Assembly: GCF_009914755.1 (NCBI RefSeq)
Contig: NC_060930.1
Source of the DNA: the human T2T-CHM13v2.0 reference genome, Homo sapiens
Direction: 5' to 3' (one strand)
DNA length: 64,000 nucleotides
How positions within the stretch are numbered: position 1 is the first letter of the stretch; each line of letters begins with the position of its first letter. Shown piece by piece: positions 1 to 19,449 of this stretch. The notes under the pieces are model-generated. The model worked only from the letters and a program-made list of their open reading frames with translations, was not told where the DNA came from and did no database searches. A program made the position numbers and the translations under genes.

Positions 1-49
1 TCAATCTAACTCCTTTAAATTTAATTTGGCTGAAGCTTTTCTTTTATCA
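1..49 (+). mobile_element. 3' end of an ERV1 (MER4-group-like) LTR, cut by the window edge, abutting L1
   Basis: CTCCTTTAAATTTAATTTGGCTGAAGCTTTTCTTTTATCA resembles the MER4-group LTR terminus ending in CA; L1 sequence follows immediately. Confidence 0.45.
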
Positions 50-1784
50 CCATTATTGGCCACCACAAAAACACAATGAAATACATAGACCATTGATACT
101 CTAAAGTAACTATGCAATCAAGTCTAGATAACAACCATTTAACAACATGATGACAGGATAAAATCTACACATATAAATATTAATCTTGAATGTAAACAGG
201 CTAAATGCCCCACTGAAATGGCACAGAGTGGCAGGATGGATAAAGAAGCAAGACCAAATTGTGTGCTATCTTCATTCCTATCTCACATGCAATGACACCT
301 ATAGGCTCAAAGTACAGGGATGGAGAAAAATCTGTCAAGCAAACAGAAAACAAAAAAGAGACAGGATCACTATTCTTATTTCAGCCAAAACAGACCGTAA
401 ACAAACAAAGATAAAAAAGACAAAGAAGGGCATTACATAATGATAAAGGGTTCAATTCAACAAGAAGGCAAAACTATCCTAAATATGAATTCACCCAAAA
501 CTGGAGCACCCAGATTTATAAAACAAGTTCTTAGAGATGTACAAAGAGACTTAGATAACCACACAATAATAGTAGCAGAATTCAACACTCCAGTGACAGT
601 GTTTGACAGATCATTGGGGCAGAGATCTAATAAAGATATTCAGGACCTATACTTGACACTAGAACAAACAGAACTAACAAACATCTACAAAATGCTCCAC
701 GTAATAACGACAGAATGTACATTCTTCTCATTTGCACATGGTACATCCTCTAAAATTGATGACATGCTCAGCCATAAAGCAATTCTCAACAAATTAAAAA
801 AATCTGAAATTACACCAGCCATAATCTTGGACCACAGAGCAAAAAAATAGAAATCAAGACTAAGAAGATCTCTCAAAACCATACAATTACATGGAAAGTA
901 TACAACCTGCCCCTGAATGACTTCTGGGTAAATAATGAAATTAAGGCAGAAATCAAGAAATTCTTTGAAACTAATGAGAACAAAGATACAACTTACCAGA
1001 ATCTCTGTGACACAGCTGAAGCAGCATTAAGAAGAAAGGGTATAATGCTAAATGCCCACATCAAAAAATTAGAAATATCTCAAATTAATAACCAAACATC
1101 ACACCTAGAGGAACTAAAATAAACAAGAACAAACCAATTCCAAAGCTAGGCAAAAAAAAACAAACAACAACAACAACAAAAAAAAACAAAACAAAACCAA
1201 AATCAGACCTGAACTGCACAAAATTGAAACATGAATGACAATACAAAAGACTAACAAAACCAGAAGTTGGCTTTTTGAAAGAATATACGAGATTGATCGA
1301 CCACTGGCTAGACTAATACAGAAAAAAGAGAGAAGATCCAAATAAACACAATCAGAAATGACAAAGGGAATATTACTACCAATCCTACAGAAATAAAAAA
1401 AAAAACCCAAACCCAGAGACTATTATCAACACCTCTATGCACACAAACCAGAAAACCTAGAAGAAATGGATAAATTCCTGGAAATGTACAACCATCTAAG
1501 ATTGAACCAGGAAGAAACTGAAACTCTGAAAAGACCAATAACAAGTTCCTAAATTGAATCAGTAATAAAAAACCGATCAACCAGAAAAATCCCTGGGCCA
1601 GATGTATTTATAGCCCAAATCCCCAGATGTATTTATAGCCAAATTCTACCAGACATATAAAGTAGAATTAGGCCAATCCTACTGAAACTAATTGAGAAGT
1701 AGGGACTCTTTTCTAACTCATCCTATGAGGGCAGCATCATTCTGATACCAAACCCTGACATGGACACAATAAACAAAAATTCAG

Positions 1785-2066
<282 letters not shown>

Positions 2067-3844
2067 ATTTCAGGCCAATATCCTTAAAGAACATAGATTT
2101 AAAAATCTTCAACAAAATATTAGCAGATCAAATCCAGCAGCATATCACAAAGCTAATCCACCACAATCAAGTAGGGTTTACTCCTGGAATACAAGGTTGA
2201 TTCAACATATGTAAATCAATAAATGTGATTTCATCACATAAACAGAACTACAAACATAAACCAATGATGATCTCAATAGACACACAAAAGGCTTTTGATA
2301 AAATTCCACATCTCTTTATGTTAAAAACCCTCAACAAACTAGGCATCAAAGGAACATATCTCAAAGTCATAAGAATTATCTATGACAAACCCCCAGCCAA
2401 CATCATACTGAATGGGAAAAAGCTGGAACCATTCCCCTTGAGAACTGGAGTAAGACAAGGACACCCTCTCTCACCGCTGCTTTCAACATAGTACTGAAAG
2501 TCCTAGCTAGAGCAATTAGGCCAGTGAAAGAAATAAATGGCATCCAAACAGGAGAGAGTAAGTCAAACTATTTTTTCTTTGTAGATGATATGATTCTATA
2601 CCTAGAAAACACCATAGTGTCTGTCCAAAGGCTCCTAGTTCTGTTAAGCAACTTCAGCAAAGTTTCAGGATACAAAATCAATGTATAAAAATCAGTAGCA
2701 TTTCTATACACCAATAATAACAAGCTGAGAGCCAAAACAATACTATGATCCCATTCATAATAGCCACAAAGAGAACAAAATATCTAGGAATACAGCTAAC
2801 CAGGGAAGCAAGTGATCTCTACGATGAGAATTACAAAACACTGCTGAAAGAATTCAGAGATGACACAAATAAATGGCAAAACATTCTATGCTCCTAGACA
2901 GGAAGAATCAATATTGTTAAAGTGGACACATTGCTCAAAACAATTTACAGATTCAAAGTCATTTCCATCGAACTACTAAGAACATTTTTCATAGAATTAG
3001 AAAAAATTATTGTAAAATTCATATGGAATTTAAAAAAAGCCTGAATAGCCAAGGCAATCCTAAGCAAAAAGAACAAAGCTAGAGGCATCACACTACCTGG
3101 CTTTAAGTCCAGAGTAACCACAACAGCATGGTATGAGTGCAAAAACATGTACACAAACCAATGAAACAGGTTAGAAATCCCAGAGATAAAGCTGCACACT
3201 TACAACCATCTGATTTTTGATAAAGTTGACAATAAAAAATAATGAGGAAAGGAATCCCTGTTTATTAAATGGTCTGGGATAACAGGCTAGTCATATGCAG
3301 AAGATTGAAAGTGGACTCCTTCCTTTCATCATATACAAAAATCAGTTCAAGCTGTATTAGAGACTCAAATGTAAAACCTAAAACTATAAAAGTCCTAGAA
3401 GAAAATCTAAGAAATATCATTTGGACATAGGCCCTGGCAAGGATTTTATGATAAGGACTCTAAAAACAATTGCAACAAAAACCGAAATAGACAAGTGGGA
3501 CCTAATTAAACTAAAGAGCTTCTGCACAGCAAAAGAAACTACCAACAGAGTAAACAGGGAACCTACAGAATGGGAGAAAGTATTTGCAAACTATGCATTT
3601 AACAAAGGTCTTATATCCAAAATCTGTAAGGACCTTAAAGAAATCAACAAGCAAATAACCACATTAAAAATGGGCAAAGTCCATGAACAGACACTTCTCA
3701 AAAGAAGACATACATGTGGCCAACAAGCATATGAAAAAATATTCAACATCACTAATCTTCAGGGAAATGCAAATCAAAACCATAATGAGATACTGTCTCA
3801 CGACAGTCAGAATGGCTATTATTAAAAAGTCAAAAAATAACGGA

Positions 3845-4003
3845 TGCTGGTGAGGTTGTGGAGAAAAGGAAACACTTACATACTGTTGGTGGGAATGTGC
3901 TGGTGAGGTTGTGGAGAAAAGGAAACACTTACATACTGTTGGTGGGAATGTTCTGGTGAGGTTGTGGAGAAAAGGGGACACTTAAAAACTGTTGGCAGGA
4001 ATG
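3845..4003 (+). repeat. 53-bp tandem triplication inside L1
   Basis: Units 3845-3897 and 3898-3950 are identical; 3951-4003 differs at 7 positions. Confidence 0.95.
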
Positions 4004-5429
4004 TAAATTAGTTCAGCTACTGTGGAAAACAGTTTGGAGAGATCTGAAGGAACTTGAAACAGAAGTAATATTCGATCCAGCAATAACAGTACTGAGTATA
4101 TACCCAAAGGAATACAAATCATTCTACCATAAAGACATATGCATATGTATGTTTATCATAGCTCTATTCACAATAGCAAAGACATGGAATCAACATAGGT
4201 GCCCATCAACAGTGGACTGGGTAAAGGAAATGTGGTACGTATATGCCATGGGATATTACTACTATGCAGCTGTGAAAAGAAAGAAGATCATGTCCTTTGC
4301 AGCAACATAGATGCAACTGGAAGCCATTATCCTAAGTGGACTAATGCAGGAACAGAAAACCAAATACCACATGTCCTCATTTATAAGTGGGAGCTAAACC
4401 TTTAATACACAGGGACCCTAAGAAGAGACCAATAGACACTGGCACCTACTTGAGGGTAGAGGTGGTAAGAGGGTGAGCATCAAAAAAACTACCTATTGGG
4501 TACTATGCTCATTACCTGGGTGATGAAATAATTTGTACACCAAACCCCCAAGACACACAATTTACTCACATAACAAACATGCACCTGTGCCCCCAAACTA
4601 AAAGTAAAAGTTGATAGGATAAAAATCATGAAATGTTCCATGTATCTCCAAGAAAGTCTTAGGCAGCAGCCAGATGTGCTACTACTGTGCCAATATTGGT
4701 TTCTATTACAAGGTTGGGAACACTGGCCCAAGGCAAAATTACAAAGCAGGTGAATTTATTTTTTGTGATTGACACCTATCTTTGTACTACCGTCATGATC
4801 CAATTCCTCCTTATTCCTAGCAACCCATGGACTTTATGTCACATCTCACAACATTCTCTTGATTTGCCTACTTTTTCTCAAAGTTCTCTTCATTTTTTTC
4901 CTCTTCTTCCTTGCTGCAAATCAAGTGTCTGAATTACTTAAGTAGTTACTGGAAAGAGAAGGCTCATTGGCACATCAGAGTAATTCCATTTAAAATGTTA
5001 ATGCGAGCACTTAAGAACTTCAAATCTTAGCCTAGTCATTGCTGGTAATATGAACATTTAAAAATCCTTTAACCTCTTTATAATCATTAGTTTCTTTATC
5101 TTTGAAATAGGAAAAATTGTTATGGAAAACCAATAAACTTCTTGGCACAGTGCCTGGAAGATTGAAATCATCCAAATACTATTAACAGCTGTTGCCATTA
5201 TTATTATTATCATCATTATTATTAAAGATAGGTGAGGCACACTTGCCAGAATATTTTGTATTAAGAAATATGTTAATACCAATAACAATTTGCTGGGGAG
5301 AGACTCCTACATGTAATGTTCTATACTGTCTAACAGAAAATCAGGTGTCAGAAAGCTAGTTTCTGAGCATCTGTTCAAAATACTTTGAAGTTATGTTACT
5401 TGGTGCATTCATATCATGGGTTGTTATGT

Positions 5430-5740
5430 TCTCCTGACTTTAACATATTCTGTGTGTTGAAGTCTTTTCCTGATAATAATATAACCATACTTTTTGGTTT
5501 CCAATTGTTTGGTATAACATTTTTTATTGTCTTACTGTCAGTATATGTGTCTCATATCTGTGATATATACTTACTAATGTGTTTCCTGTACAAAGCATAT
5601 ACATTTGGGGGCCTTTTTTTGTGATTTAGTCTGACAAACTCTGGCTTTTTATAGACTGTTTATTTCATTTACATTTAATGCAAATGTTGAGTTAAGTCTA
5701 CCATTTTTCTATTTATACTATCTACTTTTGCTTTTTTTTC
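5430..5740 (-). mobile_element. Old L1M fragment (5' ORF2 region)
   Basis: Antisense L1-like motifs TTGAAGTCTTTTCCTGATAATAATATAACC and TTCATTTACATTTAATG. Confidence 0.55.
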
Positions 5741-6066
5741 TGGTTTCTGTGGCAGAAGCAATTGTGCTTCATGACTTTCTATATGTCATAGTTAGATTCC
5801 TGGCACTGGAATGAGTATTTTGATTTAGAAAAAATTTTATTTTTTTCTCAGTGATATGTAAGCCTTTTAACATAATTCAATGAATTCCTTGTTTCAAGCA
5901 CTATTATGTCTTAAGAAGAAAAGTTGTTATTGATTTTTGACCAGATTTTTCATAGTTGTTGACTAGAGAAAAATTCTCCTGTTTCTCCCAGTGTCCATTT
6001 AAAACCAATTTATCTCTTTGGAGACCCCAACTTCAAGTTATTTCCTAGGTTTTATGCTGCAACTAT

Positions 6067-6150
6067 TTCCTTCCTTCCTTCCTTCCTTCCTTCCTTCCTT
6101 CCTTCCTTCCTTCCTTCCTTCCCCTCCCTCCCTTCCTTCCTTCCTTTCTT
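6067..6150. repeat. (TTCC)n microsatellite
   Basis: Direct reading. Confidence 0.95.
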
Positions 6151-7929
6151 TTTTGGAGCAAAGTAGTGTTAAGAGACCATGTCTTTACTTAATGGGCATC
6201 TATTGGAGTCTACCCAAAACTAAAAAGATTGTGCAAATATATTATAATATTCCTGTGGAACAGATGATGAAATGTGAGATGTATAGTAATGAAACAAGGT
6301 GGTTTCATGGGCAATTCGGCAGCTTCATCTATTGTGTTCCCATAGAGATTGAGGTCAATCTGGACAGAGTCCTCTAGCTAAATGCCACTGAGCTTCTGTC
6401 TGGGTATGTCCCATTCATTATATTTTGAATTCAATAAATTAAAACAATACTTTAAAAAACATGTTTTTTTTTCTAACCTGTGGGAAATCTACCTGCATTT
6501 TAGGGGCATAACATGCTAGTTTAAAGAAATTTTTTTTGTAGGTACCTTGCATAGCATTAAAACTGATACTAAAAAAAGCAAATGCAAGTACTTTTCCCCT
6601 AATCATGTTCATCTTTACTCCCATTGGCACCCTTGGTTTTTGGGCTCAAGATTCAAAATTATTTTAATAGGTAAGAGGAATTGACATTGACCAGGTAAAA
6701 TTTAAGTAGAAAAAGATAAAATTTGATATTTAAGAAATTATCTATGTAAATATTTTTAGCAAATGTATAGAGGTATAGATATAGAGAGAAATATGTAGAT
6801 ATACTTGCATATGCATACACACACATGTGCATGTGCACACACACAGAGAGATGCTTATCAGAAATACCTGAGATTTGTAGCTTTATCCAAATAAAAATAA
6901 TTGGTTTGCAATCAAAACCAAACATGGGATTCAAGAGTTAAAAAAATCCTAATAAAGTGTTACAATGCACACATAAAAGCATACATAGTTCAGATCATGC
7001 AAGAATATCTGGGAATACCTGGAGTATTATAGCTGCCCTATTACTTTTATTTTATTGCAAAATGGAAAGTAAATAAAAAAGTAAGACTGGGATAGTTAAG
7101 ACCAAAATCTATGTCATATACAGAATAATTGGGGAAAATAAAAATACTTATTGTGACAATCAGAAAACTTATAGGGAACATGAAAACATTGGAAGCCAAA
7201 TACACGGTTTTATATAGACTATGCAGGCATGTTTTTTCCTGCTACTTTAGATGAGAAGTGATTTTTAGATTTTTCCCAAAGTATTCTTAGTGATACTTGT
7301 CAAATTTCTTTGAGAAGTCATATTTCATTAAAATATTATCCGAATTGTTTCATTCTATACCATAATGTGTTTGTGTTGGTATAATGTAAGAAATCTTTTC
7401 TCTTCATTCTCTTCATATCTTCAGGGCAGGGCATTTATATTTATCCTGTGCCATCAGGCATAGTCTCTGAAATGCACAAGCAAGTGCACCTAGGTATTCA
7501 TACTATAGGGTGAGATGTGACCAATGGGCATGCATTCCCAAGAGTTATATTTTTTCATTTATTATTTTAAAAGATCATTCAAAACAAAAACTGAAATATA
7601 ATTTTCTAAATATTGATTGTGTTTACTTGAAAATTTGAAAATGAGAGACCAGAGCCTGAATAGCCATTTTCACATTTTTTTTGATCAGGTGTAGAAAAGA
7701 TTCCTACAGTAGATTTAACTTGTAATAGATAATTTGTGAGTTATTTGAGTCTATAATAGCTCTAAGATTGGAGATTACGTATGCTACTCAGAGAAAGAAA
7801 AGAAGATGGGAGAAACAAGAAACCTGAAAGATGTTCAATTCAATTAAATGTCAAGTATTAAAATTTTAGCCTGAAGGAATGAAAATTTCAGGTTATAGAC
7901 AATGATGGAGACCTCCAGGTAGCCCAGGA

Positions 7930-10968
<3,039 letters not shown>

Positions 10969-11019
10969 TCTAGGCATGTTTTTCAAACAAAATACTTTCT
11001 ATGTATGTATGATGTATGT

Positions 11020-11050
11020 ACGTGTGTATCTCTCTCTCTATATATATGTG

Positions 11051-11087
<37 letters not shown>

Positions 11088-11090
11088 ATA
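11020..11090. repeat. (CT)/(TA)/(TG)n compound microsatellite next to an Alu tail
   Basis: Direct reading. Confidence 0.85.
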
Positions 11091-11091
11091 A

Positions 11092-11379
11092 TTTATCTTT
11101 TTGAGACAGTCTCACTCTGTCACCCAGACTGGAGTGCAGTGGCATGACTGCTCACTGCAGCCTTGACCTCCTGGGTTCAACTGATCCTCCCACCTCAGCC
11201 TCCTGAGTAGCTGGGACTATAGGTGCATGCCACCATGCCCAACTAATGTTTGATTTTTTTGTAGAAACAAGATCTTGTTATATTGCCCAGGCTGGTCTTG
11301 AACTCCTGGTATCAAGTGATCCTCCTGCCTTGACCTTCCAAAGTGCTGGGACTATAGGCATGAGCCATCATGCCCAGCC
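11092..11379 (-). mobile_element. AluJ SINE
   Basis: CTGCAGCCTTGACCTCCTGGG...GATCCTCCCACCTCAGCC (J-type). Confidence 0.9.
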
Positions 11380-12963
11380 CCAGAGTATATTTTGAATAAT
11401 AAATTGGAAAGAATATTTGGGAAATTCCTAGGAAAAGGCATAATAAGGATAGATTTTTCCTATAAGATACTGACATTTTATATAAAGCTAAAATATTGAA
11501 AACATGGGATTCTGTGATGTTATAATAAAATAAACATCAAATTTACTAAAAATTAAAATAATGTTCAATCCTTTTTCCTGGACTTCAGAAGGAAAAAATG
11601 CTTTTTCAGGAGTTACTGCAGCCATCCATATCAAGTGTGAAAAGTTACCTTCTAGAATGATTCTGTCCATGGTACACAACAGGAAACACCAGGGTACCAA
11701 CCATTAGGAGTATCTCCTACATTTTACATACCAAAATATGCAGGTCACATGACAAAAAGAGAAATGTATTTGCAACATGACAAATGGATAATATCATTGA
11801 CTTATTTGTGTTTATGTATATAACTAATACACAAAGATTACTCACAAATCAATAAGAAGAACTTCCTTTTAAAAAAGAGAATGGTCATTTCATCCTCACA
11901 ATAATAACAAGTGGTTAAAAAGTTCATTTTTACTAGTAATGTAAAATAAAGTATGTTTACAATTTCTTTTCACTATTTGAAACATGAATGTTCAGTATTA
12001 GCAGTTATGGGGGAAATAGACACCTGCTTTTGTACACTGCTGATAGGAGCACATGTTTTATATATAATACGTATATATAATCCTTAAAATATTCATATTT
12101 TTTAAATTAATAAATTCTCTCTAAGAGTTATTGAAAGGAAAGAATAAGAAAAGCCAAAATGTTTTTATCTTTTTTAAAAAAATGTATTTATTGAATGTCT
12201 TCAAATTATACTAATACATTTCTGTTGTAATACATTAAATGATACAATATGAAAAAGTATAAAAACAAAGTTAATTATCTCTCCCTGCCTTCCTTCTACC
12301 TATGCTTCGCATTCCTCAGTGGAAACCAATTTTAGTGGTCTGGTATGTACCTTCATACCTATCTCCTTGTTGAAATGAATATATATAGCATATTATCTAA
12401 AGGGGTTTGGTTGGTTGATTGTTAGTGCTGAAATGAACTTTAAATACATGCATTATTCTGTAGTATGCTTCTTTCACATGTCAATATATTGTGGGCATTT
12501 CTAGAAGTCAGTAAATACAGATCTAAGCTTGCTTTACTAACTTCCTGAGGTAGACAAAAGCAAACAAATATTATATATCATCATAATGGTATAATCATTT
12601 CTGTATTCAGTTGTATCATAATCATATGATTATGTTATATTTTACATACATATTATATATTGTATCATACATAATTATACATATTACACATATTTATATA
12701 TAACAGTTAAAGTAAATTCATGAATTCTCTTTTTTATCTTTTTTCCTCTCTGTCCATTCATTGAGGAATTATTTAGAATATCAAACATCTACAAAGAGAT
12801 AACTATCCAATAAAAGCAGAACTACTGTGTCATTTGTGGAATACATTTTTATACATTTTTGTGTAATTTGTGATGGATTACTAGGCAGCCACGAAGAAGC
12901 CATGTCTTTTGCTCCATGTTTTCTTAGATTCTGTATTTGACATCTGCTCATCACAGGGCAGAT

Positions 12964-13820
<857 letters not shown>

Positions 13821-15672
13821 CTTTTCAATGATATTTGCGTAACAGGCAAATTACACAAAACAGTATAAAATGCAACACTCCAATTTCTAATGAATACATG
13901 TGTTTGCATACTTAAGAAAGATGTATTAGAAGGAATTACACCCAAATGTTAATAGAGATGATCAGGGGTGGTGTGATACAAGATAACTTCAATGTTTTCC
14001 TTTACATTTTAACCTATTTTCCAAAGTTTTACAAGTTTCATTATAAATGTAAATATGTCCATGTATATGTGTCTCTGTCTCCATCTATCTATTATTTTAC
14101 ATGCACAACACTGAATTAAAACCAGCTTTCTAAGTTCCGGAATCTATTTCATATAACAAAATTTCAAAGTGAAGACTTTTAGAATGGCTTATATGTCATG
14201 CCATTGTCTTATCCATCCTAGATTCGATTTTTTTTTTTTTGTATTATGACTCTGACTTCCCAAATAAATAAAAGGGCAAAGAATGACACATATCTCCTGG
14301 CCTCTTTGATGCAGAAAAGATACCATTGTGAGTATGGTTTTTGTCCAGTGAACTCAGTTATTTTCCAAAACAAAAACTGAGTAACAGCAGAAAACATTAC
14401 AAGCTCCAATGCAAGGGTTATGACTCAGTCTTTTCCCTCTCTGCAAAATGTACTCTTTGTAAACTACTACCCATGAATGTTCAAGTACTTGGGAAATATT
14501 TTCATATGACTTCTGATTTAATTTTGACTCATGCTTAGTGATTTTTCAGTCCACAATGAGGTAGAGTCCAGTGGCGAGTGGATGCCTGCTGTGGAAAAGG
14601 GCTTTATCATTTTAATTGCAACCAACTGAAATAGAAACTTTAATGGACTCTCAAACTATTTGCTATCTCATGCCTAAAATGAACATAATCAAGACTTTTA
14701 TAGATAAACATAGTAAATAATTTTATGCCACATTCATAATATAAACAGAAATTTTTAAAAAATGATGAACTAACAAATTGTGCCAAACTAAGGAATCTGG
14801 AACAGGGTGTACAGGGGATGTCTTTGTAGTCTCCCTGGTCATAGGAGCTCACTTCTTGAAAATCAGAGGCCAGGATATTTTTTCTATCATTTAAAATATT
14901 CATTGAATATGAGTCAATGAGAAATAAATGTATACAAAAATGTCAAATACATGCCAATATCAGTCTGAATGTGAGATTCTATTTTAGTGAATTCCCAAAA
15001 GATATATATACTTCTTAATAAATTTGCTTTTTTATACAAGAATCTAGGGGTGTATGTATTTGTACATATTTATTGCAATATACAGTAGTAGAACTAATGA
15101 ATAGAAGTGGGAAAAATAATCTTTGGTGATAAGTCAAACTCTTATAAAAATTTCTTTAATTTTTTTTGTAAAAACTCCTATCAAAAAATAATGTTTATCT
15201 ACCTCAGGCAATTTGTAATCTCTGGTCATAGTGGTTGGTTTTCTATACATAAAGTTATGTTTCCTTAAAGGAAAGATCTGTGATTACAAGTGTTCTGTGT
15301 TTGTGAAAGAAATTGGAAATAATTTATAACACTTATAGAATTATAAGCCAATTATCTGTAGAGATGACCTGATTAAAGAAAAATCAGTTTTAAAAATTAT
15401 AGAAATATGGATATGCTTTGTATTAACAGTATAGGAGAAAAGTAAACATATATTGAAAATATTCATTTAAGATTCATATGATTTTCTGCTATAATAACCT
15501 AAATCTATCAAGCTAGATATTTTAAAATGCATCCTTCTAGGATATTTATAACCTAAGGAAAAAATAAGTATATGTAATTCTTTACAAATGAACGCAGTTA
15601 GCTTTTTTCTTCTGAGTACATTTTTTTTCCACCATGCAGTCCTTCTAGTCTCTCTTTTAATACCTTGAATAT

Positions 15673-16239
15673 TGTCAAGAACTATGAAAGTTCTAAGATT
15701 TTAAGTCTACTTGCAAGCTAAGGAAGTAGATTAAGTAAGCTTGTTAGTTTGTCACAGTTTTATGGATGCTGGTGGAAGACATGAAACTCCTGGATCCAAG
15801 ACAAAGGATAGTTCATTACTCATAGCAATAATAGTAGCCAGTCTCTCACCATGTTTGGTCAGTTTCCCCTTGCTTCCATGTTCCATAGGGATGAAGTGAA
15901 TGGACCCAGGTAGATGTCTTATTCACAGTGAGCTTTATTCCAGGAGAGGAATCCTGACTCGGGAAATCTGAATCTTTTATAATGGCAGGAAGTATGCTTG
16001 CCCTTTGCTTTGGAAAGAGGTATAATTATTATACAGACTAGTAATCAAATTTGTTCTTTGCTCTGGAGGAAGACACAGTATCTGTCTTTCAAGGTTGTGT
16101 GTGCTACAATTGTCCTTGAAAAGATAGTCTAGAACAAAGGGTACCTCTACTTATAAGGTGCAGAAATGGAACAAAGCAGTAGGTACCTATGCTTATAAGG
16201 TGCAGAAATGAGAGACATGTGGAGAATTGCCTTCCAACA
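15673..16239 (-). mobile_element. ERVL solo LTR (LTR40-like)
   Basis: TG...CA termini; minus strand starts TGTTGGAAGGCAATTCTCCAC; perfect 5-bp TSD AATAT (15668-15672 / 16240-16244). Confidence 0.75.
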
Positions 16240-16412
16240 AATATGTGATGATTTCCCTAAGGAGTGGGTTTCCCAGTCCTAGGAATTCTAGGCTAGTTGG
16301 GATTAAGAATTGTGTGTTAAATACCACAGATGCCTCCTATGCACTACCTCTGTGAATCATTGTTTGTCATAAAATACATTGTTGCCTTCAGCATGGAAAA
16401 GCTGTGAAGAGA

Positions 16413-16995
16413 TGTGGTAGACAGACTTCTCAGATGATTGCCAATGATTCTCTCCATCATATGATCCTCCAGTTTAATGTGGGTGGAACTTCTGAATACT
16501 ATGAAATTTCACTCCAGTAATTGTTATATTTTTTAAAAAAGAGCCTGAGCTAATCAGGTGATCTCTTTAAAAGCTTAGAGTGTTTTCTAGGGCTATTCAT
16601 AGAGGATGTAGTCTGAGAGAAGGAATACCTCCTGGCTTGGAAGAAAGCAAACAACCATATTGTGATTGTCTTTGGGGGCCATGTGGCAAGGAACTGTGGA
16701 TGAACTCTAGCTGCTGAGAGCAGCTCCTGACCAATAGCCAGCAAGGAACGGGCACGTCAATCACATACTGGAAGGAGCTGAATTCTGCAGTGAGGACATA
16801 ACACTGGAAGAAGAACCCAGCTCCAGATGAGAATGCAGCCCGGTCAACACTTTGATTTCAGCCTGTGAGAAACTGATCAGAAAACTGAGCCCTGCTTGGA
16901 CTTCCACCCTACAAAACTGTAAGCTAATACACAGGAATTGTTTTAAGCCAGTATGTTTATGGTAATTTGTTAGGCAGCTTTAAAAGGCTAATATA
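16413..16995 (+). mobile_element. MaLR solo LTR (MLT1E/F-like)
   Basis: TGTGGTAGACAGA start; GGCCATGTGGCAAGGAACTG; TTTTAAGCCA...GGTAATTTGTTA end. Confidence 0.8.
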
Positions 16996-17174
16996 AATGA
17001 GAAACTAGGAAGAGAATCCCTGGTTTATTGCACATTAACTATAATTTCCTGCTTCTTCACTGAATATTTTGTTATATAACCTATGGTGATGATTCCAATC
17101 AACTACAATCCTTTTTGTAGTCTGCTCTTGACTTTTACTAAATTGCAAATTCTTGATCAATTCCAAATAAAGCC

Positions 17175-17689
<515 letters not shown>

Positions 17690-17749
17690 CAAATCGTATT
17701 TTTATGTGCTGCATGGTATTACTTTTCAATACTGAAGACAATAACTTAT

Positions 17750-18130
17750 GGTATGCAGTTACTGATCTCAAGTACTGCTCAGATTCAAAGTACAAGTACA
17801 GGGATTGTACTTCCCTGCCCTCTTGAAGTTAGGTATCATCATGTAACTAGCATTGGACAATGAAATGTGACACACATCACTTCTGGGCCAAAGCATTTAA
17901 CTGCGGGTGCTTGATTCCGCAATTCTCTCTTTTCCTGCCAGAACAATCCTGGAAGCCAAGAGTTAAGATATGGCCCACATTAGCCTTGGTTTCTAAGTGG
18001 GTCTCATGAGCAGAACTTTCCATATTGGATGTGTCATATGAGCAAGAAATAAACATTTGTTGTTTTAAGCCACTGAAATTTTGAAGTTGTGTTGTTATTG
18101 CAGCACAACTTTGTCTTTCTGAGCAGTGTA
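17750..18130 (+). mobile_element. MaLR solo LTR (MLT1I/J-like)
   Basis: ACTTCCCTGCCCTCTTGAAGTTAGG; GAGCAAGAAATAAACATTTGTTGTTTTAAGCCACTGA. Confidence 0.7.
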
Positions 18131-18324
18131 CGTGAATCAAAAGTTATAACCAACAGTGCCTGCAATTCTTACTGATAAAGTTACACTTATTTTTGGCACT
18201 CATTACTCATACACTATGCTTTAACTTTATTGACCTGCTTGCAGGTCCCTGAATGCTTGGTGTTTTCTCATATCTCAGCACATTGAACACCTTCTTTCCT
18301 CTGCTTGAAATAGAAAAGATTTTA

Positions 18325-18590
18325 GCATAGTGGGTGGTTAAAAATGGGCTATGGATTCAGGCTAGACTAGATTTATATCCTGACCCTTTCACTCTCTGTC
18401 TGTACTGACTTGGGCAAGTAACTTAACCCCTTTTTACCTCCACCTGCTTATCTGTAAAATGGATAATAATAGTACATTGATCATGGGGCTGCTGCAAATA
18501 TTAAATATTTATTCATAAATAAAAAATATGAAATATTTTTTATTAAAAAATAAATATGAACCATTTAGAATAACAAGGTTGTTATTATTA
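18325..18590 (+). mobile_element. MIR
   Basis: TGACTTGGGCAAGTAACTTAACC...TCTGTAAAATGGATAATAATAGTAC. Confidence 0.7.
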
Positions 18591-18599
18591 CTACTATTG

Positions 18600-18835
18600 T
18601 TAAAAACTCCACTTAGCTATCACGTTTTCCAGGAAGCCTTCCTGATACTTCCAGGTTCAATTAGGTGGCCCTTTGTTGAGCTGCTGTAATAGATTGTCGA
18701 GACATTTATCCGATTACGTCATATACTTGTCTGTCTCTTCTCTAAGGTGTACACCTGAAAAATATGGATTAAAAATAGAACAACATTGTATTCCTAGCAC
18801 CTAGTAGTCAATAAATGTTTTCTGAATGAATAAAG
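18600..18835 (+). mobile_element. L2 3' end
   Basis: TTCCAGGAAGCCTTCCTGA; CCTAGCACCTAG...CAATAAATGTTTTCTGAATGAATAAA. Confidence 0.6.
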
Positions 18836-19449
18836 AAATTTAGAGTCAATAGCTGTGGGCCTAAGCTAGTAATTACTAAGGAAATAATTATGAGCCTCAA
18901 GTAAAATTAATCTTATAAATGAGAATTGCATGAGTTAATCTAGTTACAGAAATGTTCTTTTAACTAACTTGATTGATTGAAGCTTCGTTTTTCTAGAGTT
19001 AGGTTAAATAGGATGTTATTTTCAAAAATTGAGATCATTTTTGATTTTCTCAAATTGCTGAAAGCACAAAGTTTGTATTACAAACAGTTTGAAATATAGC
19101 TGATCATTCTGTCATTAGCACCCTGGATTATGTTTAGAGAGGTACTCTACCCATCACACTTGATAATAAATGCCAACAGTTAGCATTACTGTTTGTGAGC
19201 ACCCCAAATTGCTGCAAAGCAGAAATAAGGCTTAAATGTATCATCTTTATCATCTAAAATAATTGACGTTTTTGCGATTGTCCTATTTACAGTCATGGAT
19301 TGATTTAGACATTTGGGAAAACTGACCCCGTTAGCTTAGTGAGAAAGAAAACCCCCACATTTTTGGTTTTGATAAGTTTGTAATTTCTCAAAAGAAAATT
19401 GCCAACTTTTTTTTTTTTTTGGTATCCAGTTCTAAAGTTGAGGACTTAC

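Noticed and set aside
1598-1644. Short 22-30-bp local duplications (also 16140-16211 and 46666-46734)
   Set aside because: Ordinary slippage duplications, mostly within decayed repeats, with no sign of function
3845-4003. CRISPR-like array (also considered for 30449-30692)
   Set aside because: Head-to-tail tandem units with no unique spacers, no cas genes, eukaryotic transposon context
12570-12705. AT-rich degenerate (TATCA/TATTA) stretch as a structured element
   Set aside because: Low-complexity sequence with no consistent period
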